NCBI GenBank assembly: GCA_013359235.1
Contig: JABWCE010000009.1
Location: forward strand, 8,796 to 72,795
Direction of reading: 5' to 3'
Length of the DNA stretch: 64,000 bases
Source: Bacteroidota bacterium
GTDB taxonomy: Bacteria > Bacteroidota > Bacteroidia > NS11-12g > UBA9320
Shown: one piece after another, positions 9,354-18,242 of the stretch
Layout: each line of letters starts with the position of its first letter
Numbering within the stretch: position 1 is the stretch's first letter
Position numbers and translations under genes: made by a program
The notes under the pieces: model-generated
Databases searched by the model: none
What the model was told of the DNA's origin: nothing
The model's input: the letters and a program-made list of their open reading frames with translations, nothing else

Positions 9354-10571
9354 ATGATTATAGGTTTAATTAGAGAAAACAAAAACCCACCCGACCGTCG
9401 CGTTGCTCTTACACCCTTGCAATGCAGCAAAGTTCAAAAATTATTCCCCAACTTAAAGATTATTGTTCAATGCTCGCTTCATAGAGTTTTTAGTGATGAT
9501 GAATATAGAAAATATGACATTTCTGTTGGAGAAAATATGGCAGATTGCGATATTTTACTCGGCATAAAAGAAGTGCCTTGTGAATATTTGATTGATGCAA
9601 AAACATATTTGTTTTTTTCGCATACTATAAAAAAACAAGACTATAACCGTGATATGTTGGTTGAAATTTTAAATAAAAAAATAAAACTTATAGATTATGA
9701 ATGCCTGCAAAACGAAAAAGGTTCAAGGATTTTGGGTTTTGGCAAATATGCTGGTATAGTTGGTACTTTCGAAATATTGAGAGCTTTTGGAAAAAAATAT
9801 AAGATTTTTGAACTTAAATCTCCATCAACTTTCAAAAATTATGAAGATTTAAAAAGTTCAATCATAAAATATACTTCTTTAATAAAAAAACAGAACAAAA
9901 AAATTGTACTTGCAGGAAGTGGCAGAGTAATATCAGGTAGCGAAGAGTTATTACAATTTATAGAAATAAAAAAAACGAACCCTTATGATTTTTTAAATAA
10001 AACTTTTGATGAAACTGTTTATACCCTTCTCGATATTGAAGACTTGTATGAAAGAATTGACAAATTAGAAACAACTCATCAGCATTTTTATAAAAATCAT
10101 GATATGTATTTATCAAAGTTTAAACCCTATACTGCAAAAGCCGATATATTGATAAATGGAGTATTTTGGGATAAAAACATTGTAAGGCATTTTGAAAAAG
10201 AAGATACCATGAAAGATGATTTTAAAATAAAACTAATAGCAGACATTTCGTGTGATATAGAAGGTTCAGTACCATTAACAATTCGCGAAACAACTATTGA
10301 AAATCCTGTAATGGGATGGGATGGTAAAATGCAAAAAGAATGTGAACCCTATACTGAAAAAAGTATTGATATAATGGCTATTTCTAATTTACCTACCGAG
10401 TTGCCTGCTGATTCATCTTTTGGATTTGGCGAAGACTTGATACAATACGTTCTACCCGAATTATTGAAAGAAAAAAGCAAAATAATAGATAATGCTACAA
10501 TTTGTGAAAATGGAAAATTAACCGATAAATTTAATTACCTTCAGGATTTTGTAAGTAAAAGAGATGAATAG
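9354..10571 (+). CDS. Saccharopine dehydrogenase / lysine-ketoglutarate reductase-like NAD(P) oxidoreductase (AlaDh/PNT fold)
   Basis: IG.IRE.K.PPDRRV.LTP, GIKEVP, FFSHTIKKQ.YN, IDYE, G.GRV..G, IADISCDI.GS.P, NLP.ELP.D.S..FG. Confidence 0.8.
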   Translation: MIIGLIRENKNPPDRRVALTPLQCSKVQKLFPNLKIIVQCSLHRVFSDDEYRKYDISVGENMADCDILLGIKEVPCEYLIDAKTYLFFSHTIKKQDYNRDMLVEILNKKIKLIDYECLQNEKGSRILGFGKYAGIVGTFEILRAFGKKYKIFELKSPSTFKNYEDLKSSIIKYTSLIKKQNKKIVLAGSGRVISGSEELLQFIEIKKTNPYDFLNKTFDETVYTLLDIEDLYERIDKLETTHQHFYKNHDMYLSKFKPYTAKADILINGVFWDKNIVRHFEKEDTMKDDFKIKLIADISCDIEGSVPLTIRETTIENPVMGWDGKMQKECEPYTEKSIDIMAISNLPTELPADSSFGFGEDLIQYVLPELLKEKSKIIDNATICENGKLTDKFNYLQDFVSKRDE

Positions 10572-11147
10572 AAGATTAATAATTTTAAAATTCATGATTT
10601 TTGTATTTGCTTATAGCTATTCACAAACTATTGATATTAAAATTTTAGATGCAATAAATAACAAACCCCAAAAAAATGATAATTTTTGGAAAGCCATTAC
10701 CTATACCGCAACCCCGGTTTCAATTGCTACTCCCGTCTCAATGTTTTTAATTTCTTATAAAACAAACGATAAATTTTTGCAATCCAAAAGTTTTGAAACA
10801 GCAACATCATTAGCAGCCAATGCTTTGATAACGTATAGCTTAAAATATGGGATAAACCGCCAACGCCCGTTTGTAAACAATAAATTTATATTTAAAAAAC
10901 AAAAGCAGGTTCCCCTTCATTTCCATCAGGACATACTTCTACTGCATTTGCAACGGCTATAAGTCTAACAATTGCCTACCCCAAATGGTATGTTGCAGCC
11001 CCCGCATATACTTGGGCTGCTGCATGTGCATACAGCAGAATGTATTTAGGGGTGCACTATCCAAGCGATATACTTGCCGGAATATTTATAGGCACACTTA
11101 GCGGTGTTTTGTCATATAAAATAAATCAAAAGTTTATTGCAAAGTAG
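10564..11147 (+). pseudogene. PAP2-family phosphatase interrupted by a -1 frameshift at about 10894-10904
   Basis: First frame has K....R.RP (motif 1); the -1 frame continues AGSPSFPSGH (motif 2) and SRMYLGVHYPSD (motif 3) to TAG at 11145-11147; one more A in the A6 run at 10894-10899 restores the gene. Confidence 0.8.
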
Positions 11148-11215
11148 AATATATTAAAGCAGTTTTTATTTTGGCATACAAAAGCCTAATTTTGCACCCT
11201 TTTATAAAAAATTGA

Positions 11216-13030
11216 ATGACACAACTAAGAAACATTGCAATAATTGCTCACGTTGACCATGGAAAAACAACACTTGTTGACAAAATGCTTTTGGCATCAA
11301 AAATTTTTAAAGACCATGAAACACCAGGCGAATTAATGCTTGACAATAACGAACTCGAAAGAGAAAGAGGAATTACTATTCTTGCAAAAAATGTTTCGGT
11401 AAATTACAAAGGAATTAAAATAAATATAATTGACACACCAGGTCACAGCGATTTTGGAGGCGAGGTAGAACGTGTTTTGAATATGGCTGATGGAGTGTTG
11501 TTGCTTGTTGATGCCTTTGAAGGACCTATGCCACAAACCAGATTTGTATTGCAAAAAGCAATTCAACTTGGCAAAAAACCTGTACTTGTAATTAATAAAG
11601 TTGATAAAAAAAATTGTACTCCCGATGCAGTTCACGATGCTGTTTTTGATTTGATGTTTAATCTTGATGCAACCGAAGAACAACTTGATTTTCCAACGGT
11701 TTTTGGTAGTGCAAAACAAGGCTGGATGAGTTATGATTGGGCAAAACCAACAGATAATATTGAAGCGTTATTCGAAACAATTATTAAACATATACCTTCA
11801 CCAAATCCACCACAGGGAAATTTGCAAATGCAGATTACATCACTTGATTATAGCAGCTATACCGGTAGAATTGCTATTGGAAGAGTACACAGAGGTATTT
11901 TAAAATCAGGGCAAACGGTTTCTTTAGTAAAAAAGGATGGAACGATTTTTAAAAATAAAATAAAAGAATTGTTTGTATTTGAAGGATTTGGAAAAACTAA
12001 AACAGATGAGGTAAAAGCAGGAGATATCTGTGCAATATTTGGACTTGAAAATTTTGAAATAGGCGATACAATTGCAGATAGTGAAAATCCCGAGGCAATG
12101 CCAGGCATTTCGATAGACGAACCAACGATAAGTATGGTTTTTACTATAAACGACAGCCCATTTTATGGGAAAGAAGGGAAATTTGTAACAAGCCGTCATT
12201 TAAAAGAAAGATTGGAACGTGAACTTGAAAAAAACCTTGCAATGAGACTTGCCGAAACCGATTCGGCAGATACCTTTATTGTATATGGAAGAGGAATTTT
12301 ACATTTATCGGTATTGATAGAGACAATGAGACGCGAAGGTTACGAACTACAAATTGGTCAACCACAAGTAATATACAAAGTTATAGATGGTAAAAAATGT
12401 GAACCTATAGAAGAACTTACTATTGATTTGCCAGAGAATATGGCTGGTAAAGCTATAGAAATGGCTAATCAACGAAAAGGTGAAATGAAAGAAATGAGTC
12501 CTAAAGGTGATAGAATGATTATTAATTACCACATTCCATCAAGAGGGCTGATTGGTTTGCGAAGCGAGTTGCTAACTGCTACAGCAGGTGAGTCTATAAT
12601 GAATCATCGTTTTGTTGGTTTTGAACCTGTAAAAGGAAATATTCAGGGAAGAATAAGCGGTTCGTTAATAAGCATGGATAATGGCGAAGCAATACCATAT
12701 AGTTTAAATAATCTACAAGACAGAGGCTTCTTTTTTGTTGATCCAGGAGAACCAATTTACGAAGGACAAATTGTTGGTGAACACACACGCCCAGGTGATT
12801 TGGTTGTAAATCTTACAAAGACTAAAAAACTAAGTAATGTTAGAGCATCTGGCTCTGATGAAAAAATGAAAATAGCACCCGCTGTAAAATTTTCACTCGA
12901 AGAAGCATTAGAATACATTCAGGCTGATGAATATGTAGAAGTTACACCAAAATCTATAAGACTGAGAAAAATTAAATTAAAAGAATCAGACAGGCGAAGG
13001 CTTTCAAAAGCAATAGTTTCATCAATTTAA
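11216..13030 (+). CDS. typA: Translational GTPase TypA/BipA
   Basis: [70 protein letters not shown]. Confidence 0.97.
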   Translation: MTQLRNIAIIAHVDHGKTTLVDKMLLASKIFKDHETPGELMLDNNELERERGITILAKNVSVNYKGIKINIIDTPGHSDFGGEVERVLNMADGVLLLVDAFEGPMPQTRFVLQKAIQLGKKPVLVINKVDKKNCTPDAVHDAVFDLMFNLDATEEQLDFPTVFGSAKQGWMSYDWAKPTDNIEALFETIIKHIPSPNPPQGNLQMQITSLDYSSYTGRIAIGRVHRGILKSGQTVSLVKKDGTIFKNKIKELFVFEGFGKTKTDEVKAGDICAIFGLENFEIGDTIADSENPEAMPGISIDEPTISMVFTINDSPFYGKEGKFVTSRHLKERLERELEKNLAMRLAETDSADTFIVYGRGILHLSVLIETMRREGYELQIGQPQVIYKVIDGKKCEPIEELTIDLPENMAGKAIEMANQRKGEMKEMSPKGDRMIINYHIPSRGLIGLRSELLTATAGESIMNHRFVGFEPVKGNIQGRISGSLISMDNGEAIPYSLNNLQDRGFFFVDPGEPIYEGQIVGEHTRPGDLVVNLTKTKKLSNVRASGSDEKMKIAPAVKFSLEEALEYIQADEYVEVTPKSIRLRKIKLKESDRRRLSKAIVSSI

Positions 13031-13047
13031 TTTATTTTTTAAAAAAA

Positions 13048-13078
13048 TTTGACTAAATAATATAAATTACTAATTTTG
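13048..13078 (+). promoter_or_regulatory. Bacteroidota sigma70 promoter TTTG-N19-TAATTTTG for tRNA-Asn
   Basis: TTTG at 13048-13051 and TAATTTTG at 13071-13078, exact -33/-7 consensus. Confidence 0.8.
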
Positions 13079-13093
13079 CACGCCTTTAAATAT

Positions 13094-13167
13094 TCCTCCT
13101 TAGCTCAGCTGGTTAGAGCATCTGACTGTTAATCAGAGGGTCGCTGGTTCAAGTCCAGCAGGGGGAG
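13094..13167 (+). tRNA. tRNA-Asn (GTT); CCA not encoded
   Basis: Acceptor stem TCCTCCT/AGGGGGA, D-arm GCTCAGCTGGTTAGAGC, anticodon arm TCTGA-CTGTTAA-TCAGA, T-arm GCTGG-TTCAAGT-CCAGC. Confidence 0.97.
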
Positions 13168-13174
13168 CTAATCA

Positions 13175-13211
13175 AAAACACTTGCTCAAAAGGCAAGTGT
13201 TTTGTTTTTTT
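13175..13211 (+). terminator. Intrinsic terminator after tRNA-Asn
   Basis: AAAACACTTGC-TCAAAAG-GCAAGTGTTTT followed by G and T7. Confidence 0.8.
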
Positions 13212-13214
13212 AAA

Positions 13215-13523
13215 GTGAAGTATTACATATACATAATATACAATCCTGTTTCAAAAAAGTATTACGTAGGTCAAAGTAATGATCCATGGAAAAGATTAAT
13301 ACAACACAACGAAAGCACAAAGGAAAAATATACAGGATAATATAAAAACTGGGAATTAAGAGCAGTGTATGAGGTAGAAGGAGGAAGGGGAGAAGCAATG
13401 AAAATAGAAAGTTTTATAAAAAGACAAAAGAGCAGACAATTTATTGAAAAACTCATAGATAAGAATTTTAAACCAAGCGGAATTTTGACAAAGCTGGTTA
13501 GAGTCCCGCAGGTGCGGGATTAA
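13215..13523 (+). pseudogene. Small GIY-YIG nuclease (about 102 codons) with one in-frame TAA at 13338-13340; absent from the ORF track
   Basis: Manual translation from GTG: MKYYIYIIYNPVSKKYYVGQSNDPWKRLIQHNESTKEKYTG*YKNWELRAVYEVEGGRGEAMKIESFIKRQKSRQFIEKLIDKNFKPSGILTKLVRVPQVRD*; has YIY..YVG motifs, catalytic R in RL.QHN and metal-binding E in A..IE..IK. Confidence 0.88.
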
Positions 13524-13565
13524 TCAGAGGGTCGTCCCGACTTATTCGGGATCCAGCAGGGGGAG
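13492..13565 (+). pseudogene. Degenerate tRNA-Asn copy with two hairpin substitutions
   Basis: Aligns to the tRNA from the D-loop to the discriminator; CATCTGACTG is replaced by TCCCGCAGGTGCGGGA and CTGGTTCAAG by TCCCGACTTATTCGGGA; no 5' acceptor strand. Confidence 0.9.
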
Positions 13566-13572
13566 CTAATCA

Positions 13573-13608
13573 AAAACACTTGCTCAAAAGGCAAGTGTTT
13601 TGTTTTTT
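13573..13608 (+). terminator. Second copy of the tRNA terminator
   Basis: Same 11-bp stem followed by G and T6. Confidence 0.8.
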
Positions 13609-13710
13609 AAAGTGAAGTATTACATATATTAGATATAATTTTATTTTTTGTAAATATAGAAAATAAGTTACATTTGTTTAATATTTTATAAATCAAAACT
13701 CTTTATTTAT

Positions 13711-15016
13711 ATGAAAACTTTAAAAATTAAAATTTACTTAAATTATTTTGTTATTTGTTTACTTTTCTTACTTTTTATTAGATGTAATCAAACAAAGCAC
13801 GTTGTAATTTCAACATCACCAGCAGGTGCAGATGTATTAATTAATGATTTAAAATATGGAATAACACCTTATGTAGGAACATTAGTATTTAAAAAATCAT
13901 TTCCTACACATAGAATTAAATTGAAATTAGAAGGTTATTATGATACCAATTTTGTAATTCAATTTTACCCTCGTGAGCAAACAAATTTTAACGTTAGCCT
14001 TAATAGAAAAATGGAAAAAGTAATTACACTTGTTGATTTTCAGCCAGTAGTTAGTGATGGTCAAGCAAAATTACAAAAGGTAACAAAAAGTACTATTGCA
14101 TATTTAGAAACTATTGAAAGTTCTTCTTCTGTTAAAACAGTTCAAAGAGTAACAATAAATGAAGATCCTAACTTTTATATAAGTGGGCCTGTACTTGCTC
14201 CAAATGGTAAAATGTTATTATAAACTCTATATGAAGTATTTTATGATGGATTTAACAAATATGAAAAAAGTAATATATATATTCAAAATACTAATTCTAA
14301 AGCTAAAACCTCAATTACCAAAGGGAATCAGATAGATTTATTTCCTTGTTTTAATACTGATGGAGAATACATTTATTTTAGTTCAAATAGAACAGGTATT
14401 CCTACAATATGGAAACTAAGAACAGAAGGTGGGGGCGGAATTACGAGTATTACAAAGTACTACAGCCGAAGATATACAACCATCTCTTTCGCCTAATGGA
14501 GACTGGTTAGCATATACTTCAAACTTAAAGTCTTCGAATCAGCCTCAGATTTGGACTGTAAATACAAGCGGTACTCTACCAACACAATTAAGAGAAGGAG
14601 AAAGTCCATGCGTTTCAATTGATGGTGAAAAGATTGTTTTTTCACGTACTGATAATAATCATTCATATAATAGAAATGATACAATAATAAAGCCTAAACA
14701 AATTTGGATAATGAACAAAGATGGAAGTGGCGAAACACAAATCAGTCAAAATACAGATTATGATATTTCTAATCCACGTTGGTCACCTGATGGCAAATGG
14801 ATAATATACTCATGTGACAAAGCCAAAGATAATAAAGGTCGCAATAATTATGATATTTGGTGCATAAAAAGTGATGGTACCAGTGAAACTCAATTGACAA
14901 CAAATGGTTCAGTGGATGATTGCCCATACTGGGGTATAGATGGATTTGTTTATTTTCGTTCTAATAGAGGAGGTTTCTGGAATATTTGGAGAGTTGTTCC
15001 AATTTTACCAAATTAA
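13711..15016 (+). pseudogene. PEGA-domain plus TolB-like PD40 beta-propeller (probable lipoprotein), broken by a nonsense codon (14221-14223) and a +1 frameshift (about 14454)
   Basis: PEGA motif S.PAGADV.IN...GITP; reading through TAA gives TLYE...SNIYIQ...DLFPCFNTDGEYIYFSSNRTG...IW; shifted frame gives PSLSPNG, PRWSPDGKWI, YFRSNRGG.WNIW. Confidence 0.8.
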
Positions 15017-15049
15017 ATTAATGAAATTTATTTTCAAAAGGATCCAAAT

Positions 15050-15078
15050 AAAAAAAGCCGTCAAAAACGGCTTTTTTT
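15050..15078. terminator. Bidirectional intrinsic terminator
   Basis: AAAAAAAGCCGT-CAAAA-ACGGCTTTTTTT between convergent genes. Confidence 0.85.
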
Positions 15079-15102
15079 ATAATATGAAAAAATATATATT
15101 TT

Positions 15103-15648
15103 TTATAATGGGTTTGCAACAACTTCAAATTCAACTTTTAATTTAATTTTTGTAGCCACAGTAACAGGTCCGTTTGTAATTAATTTGCCTGAAAAAGTTA
15201 AAATAGGCTTTTTAGCAAAAGGTAAAACATCAGCACTTGTTGCAGGTATTTCAAATTCCTGAACTGGACCTGGAGCACTTGAAATTTCTGCAATTCTAAG
15301 CAAATCAAAATCTGGGTCTCCAACAATTCCTGTTTGTACATCAATAAAACCACCTTGAATTATTTCAAAATTTAATGTTGGAGGATCAACTATTGTTGCG
15401 GTAACTTTTTTAATATAAACATGTTTTACTTTATTAAGTGTGGTGCCGTTTGCCTGTGCAATACTATCTAAATTTAATGCTTGCGAAGTTGGTTCAAGAA
15501 TTATATCACCAGCTTGTGTTGTGGGTTGTATGGTGTATGAAACTTCCTTTGAGTTTAACCCGAATTTTATATCAAATAAATCTTCGTTACAAGAAGTGAA
15601 AGTTGTTACAACTCCCAAGATAATTAGAATTAAATTAATTTTTTTCAT
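15103..15648 (-). CDS. Hypothetical lipoprotein (beta-rich)
   Basis: MKK + hydrophobic stretch + FTSC lipobox followed by acidic NED. Confidence 0.75.
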   Translation of the reverse strand: MKKINLILIILGVVTTFTSCNEDLFDIKFGLNSKEVSYTIQPTTQAGDIILEPTSQALNLDSIAQANGTTLNKVKHVYIKKVTATIVDPPTLNFEIIQGGFIDVQTGIVGDPDFDLLRIAEISSAPGPVQEFEIPATSADVLPFAKKPILTFSGKLITNGPVTVATKIKLKVEFEVVANPL

Positions 15649-15788
15649 GATAATTTTTTATAATATTTCTTACAAATCTAAATTAATAATATTAAAATCC
15701 AAAAATATTTCGTTTTTAAATTTACTTGTTAGGTTCTTAAATTATTAATTTTAAATTTTAAAGTTCAATTTTATAATATTTGTCAGTT

Positions 15789-16886
15789 ATGAAAACATAT
15801 AAATCTGTATATACAATTGTTTTTTGTTTGATTACCATTTTTTCATTTTCTCAAAGTAAAAACAGCCAATTTTTTGAAATGCAAGGAAATGAATGTAAAA
15901 TTTTTATTACAAAGGGTAATTCTAGAATTATAGTACCTTCAAATTGTTTTACATTAGATGGGAAACCATATAACGGAAAAATAAAAATTACATTCAGAGA
16001 GTATAAAGATCAAATTGATTTTATTTTAGGTGGACTTGATATGAGATATATAGTAAATGGCAAACTTAATTATTTGCAGAGTGGAGGAATGTTTGAAATA
16101 TTTGTAAATGCAGAAAACAATACAAAAAGCGAACTTTCATTTGCACAAAACAAGACAATAACAGTAAAATTTGCAATTGATAAAAAATTTGATGTTGCCG
16201 GGCTTGAGCCATTTTATTACGATAAAAAATTAAAAAAATGGACAAAGATTACAAGATTTGGTAATGACAGCAAAAGCAACAAACCTATTTCTGATAACCA
16301 AGAAGATTTGTGGCAAGACGACCCTCGAATTATAACGCAAGATGGAGGTGATTTTTACAATGGTGATAATGATTGTTATACAATTTTGGTTGCCGATAAA
16401 AATGATCCATCAAAATTTGTTGATTCTTTGATTTGTCCGGGAAATTATTCCATACTTGATAGCAGATATAATCAATATTTAGATGATCAAGCCTTTAAAA
16501 CTATGCAAATAGATATGATGGGTCTTTATAATTATGATAAAATTTTTAATGAAGAAAACAGCATACCGCTTTTTGTAAATTTAAAGACTAAAGATGGCAA
16601 GAAGCTCGAAATTACTGACCGTTTATTTGTTGTTTATAAAAATTCAAACTCTACAATATACTATTATCAGCACGATATTGATTCAAATTTTAAATTAATA
16701 CCGAGAAATGATATTAAAGTATTTGTTTATAATGCTGATGGTACAATATACAAAGTGCCAGACGACTTTTGGAATAATATTGAAATTAAAACTTTGAGAG
16801 GCAAAAAGATTGATTTAGTTTTTGAAAAATTGAAAATGTCAACAATTTCTAAAGAACAATTTGCATTGGTTACCGGAATTAAATAA
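15789..16886 (+). CDS. Secreted hypothetical protein (recurrent Bacteroidota domain with G...I.FREY and L.SGGMFEI motifs)
   Basis: Signal peptide ending SFSQ; ATG at 15789 preferred over TTG at 15780. Confidence 0.7.
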   Translation: MKTYKSVYTIVFCLITIFSFSQSKNSQFFEMQGNECKIFITKGNSRIIVPSNCFTLDGKPYNGKIKITFREYKDQIDFILGGLDMRYIVNGKLNYLQSGGMFEIFVNAENNTKSELSFAQNKTITVKFAIDKKFDVAGLEPFYYDKKLKKWTKITRFGNDSKSNKPISDNQEDLWQDDPRIITQDGGDFYNGDNDCYTILVADKNDPSKFVDSLICPGNYSILDSRYNQYLDDQAFKTMQIDMMGLYNYDKIFNEENSIPLFVNLKTKDGKKLEITDRLFVVYKNSNSTIYYYQHDIDSNFKLIPRNDIKVFVYNADGTIYKVPDDFWNNIEIKTLRGKKIDLVFEKLKMSTISKEQFALVTGIK

Positions 16887-16888
16887 AA

Positions 16889-17530
16889 ATGAAATCGAGA
16901 TTTATTATTTTATTAATTTTATTTTCGTCAATAAAAGTATATGCTCAAAACGAAGCAAACCTTGATGAATATAAGCATTTCCGCATACATCTTGATAACA
17001 GAACAAACAAACATCTGAAGGATATTCCACGTCAGATACTTGAAAGATATTGCAAAGGAAATATTAAGGCTTATTTTCCTAAAGCTATTTATAATGAAGT
17101 GAATTTTAATGATTTTTTATATCATTTCAGATGGAATGAACCTTTGTTTAATGAATCTATACTGTGTGGCGATGATTATTGCTCAAACCCTTCATTTGAG
17201 CAGCTTTTCAATAGTTTTAATGTTTATTTGGATTATTATAGTAAAGTAATTTTCGACTCAAAAACATCAGTAAAAGTTAATAAAACTGAATTTGTGCAAT
17301 TGGTGTATTCGGTTGAATATGCAGGAATGATTTATAATTTCTTAGGTCCTTTATTCAGACTTGATGAAATATCTAAATTGATTTTTGTTAAAATAGAACA
17401 AAATGATTCTCAAACTCAAAATCTTAAAACAGTTTTTGATATTGGAAGATTTTATTCGGTACAGATTGCCAATCCTGAAATTAAACCCAATGAAAACAAT
17501 AAGAAAAATTTTGATTACAACGAAAATTGA
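16889..17530 (+). CDS. Exported protein, remote GldN/PorN-like
   Basis: Signal peptide ending VYAQ; ordered motifs RIHLDNRTNKHL, KGNIKAY, IFDSKTS, NDSQ...VFDIGRFYS resemble conserved GldN blocks (by-eye comparison only). Confidence 0.5.
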   Translation: MKSRFIILLILFSSIKVYAQNEANLDEYKHFRIHLDNRTNKHLKDIPRQILERYCKGNIKAYFPKAIYNEVNFNDFLYHFRWNEPLFNESILCGDDYCSNPSFEQLFNSFNVYLDYYSKVIFDSKTSVKVNKTEFVQLVYSVEYAGMIYNFLGPLFRLDEISKLIFVKIEQNDSQTQNLKTVFDIGRFYSVQIANPEIKPNENNKKNFDYNEN

Positions 17531-17684
17531 CACAAATTTTACAGAGAAAATTTCATTTTTTTAATCTTTGATGATTTTTTTTTAAAAGTTCAAGTTTTTA
17601 GCTGTAAAAAATGGATAGAACAAGAAGATTGTGTTTCTTTGCAATCTAATTGGAATTTAACTTTGATTTTGTTTAAAATTTAAA

Positions 17685-18242
17685 ATGAAAAAAAATAATA
17701 CAACAATAGTATTTATTGCATTTGCAGTATATTTTTTATTGGTTGGCTACGCTTGCAATGATACATCAAAACCGACATTGCCAACAGATGATAATAAAGT
17801 AATTACAACACTAAAATTAGAACTTAAAGACACATTAAGCGGTTCATTGTTTTCATTTTTCTATCGCGATCCCGACGGAGTTGGTGGAAGTTTACCAATT
17901 CAATTAGATACTATAAAATTAGATACTCAAAGAGTTTATAAATCAACATTGAAAATCTTAAATGAAACTAATCCCAACTCTGTTACTGATGTATCAAGCG
18001 AAATAAAAACAGAAGCATCAAATTATATTATCTGTTATACTATTTCAAATACAAACCTTGTTATTAGCCGTACAGATACAGATGGCACATATCCACTGGG
18101 GCTTGAAAGTATTTGGAACACAAAAAAAAGTTCTTCAGGAATTTTAAATGTAAAATTAAAACATCAACTAAATCTTAAAAATGGAAGTTGCGAACCAGGC
18201 GAAACAGAAATAAGCGTTGATTTCCCTTTTATTATAAAATAA
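17685..18242 (+). CDS. Conserved Bacteroidota lipoprotein
   Basis: Lipobox GYAC; motifs ITT..L, D.DG.GG..P, LNE...P..DV..EI..E, D.DG.YP.GL, L.H...K.G...GET. Confidence 0.8.
   Translation: MKKNNTTIVFIAFAVYFLLVGYACNDTSKPTLPTDDNKVITTLKLELKDTLSGSLFSFFYRDPDGVGGSLPIQLDTIKLDTQRVYKSTLKILNETNPNSVTDVSSEIKTEASNYIICYTISNTNLVISRTDTDGTYPLGLESIWNTKKSSSGILNVKLKHQLNLKNGSCEPGETEISVDFPFIIK

Larger units (their letters stand above)
13107..13628 (+). repeat. Imperfect direct repeat (13107-13231 and 13492-13628) made of tRNA-Asn from the D-loop onward, the terminator and the first codons of the GIY-YIG gene
   Basis: 13154-13231 and 13552-13628 are identical except T7 vs T6; AGCTGGTTAGAG and TTAATCAGAGGGTCG are also shared. 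Confidence 0.95.

Noticed and set aside
13210-13456. Minus-strand ORFs of 62 and 61 aa in the ORF track
   Set aside because: Antisense shadows of the plus-strand GIY-YIG pseudogene, with no recognisable motifs
13094-13628. tRNA duplication as a plain assembly artefact or a classical attL/attR pair
   Set aside because: The second copy has specific hairpin substitutions and diverged codons, so it is not a duplicated read; no integrase is present and the repeat includes D-loop sequence, the terminator and the nuclease start
13338-14223. Two neighbouring in-frame TAA codons suggesting stop-codon reassignment or read-through
   Set aside because: TAA is the normal stop for most genes in the window, and the PEGA/PD40 gene also has a frameshift, so decay is the simpler explanation
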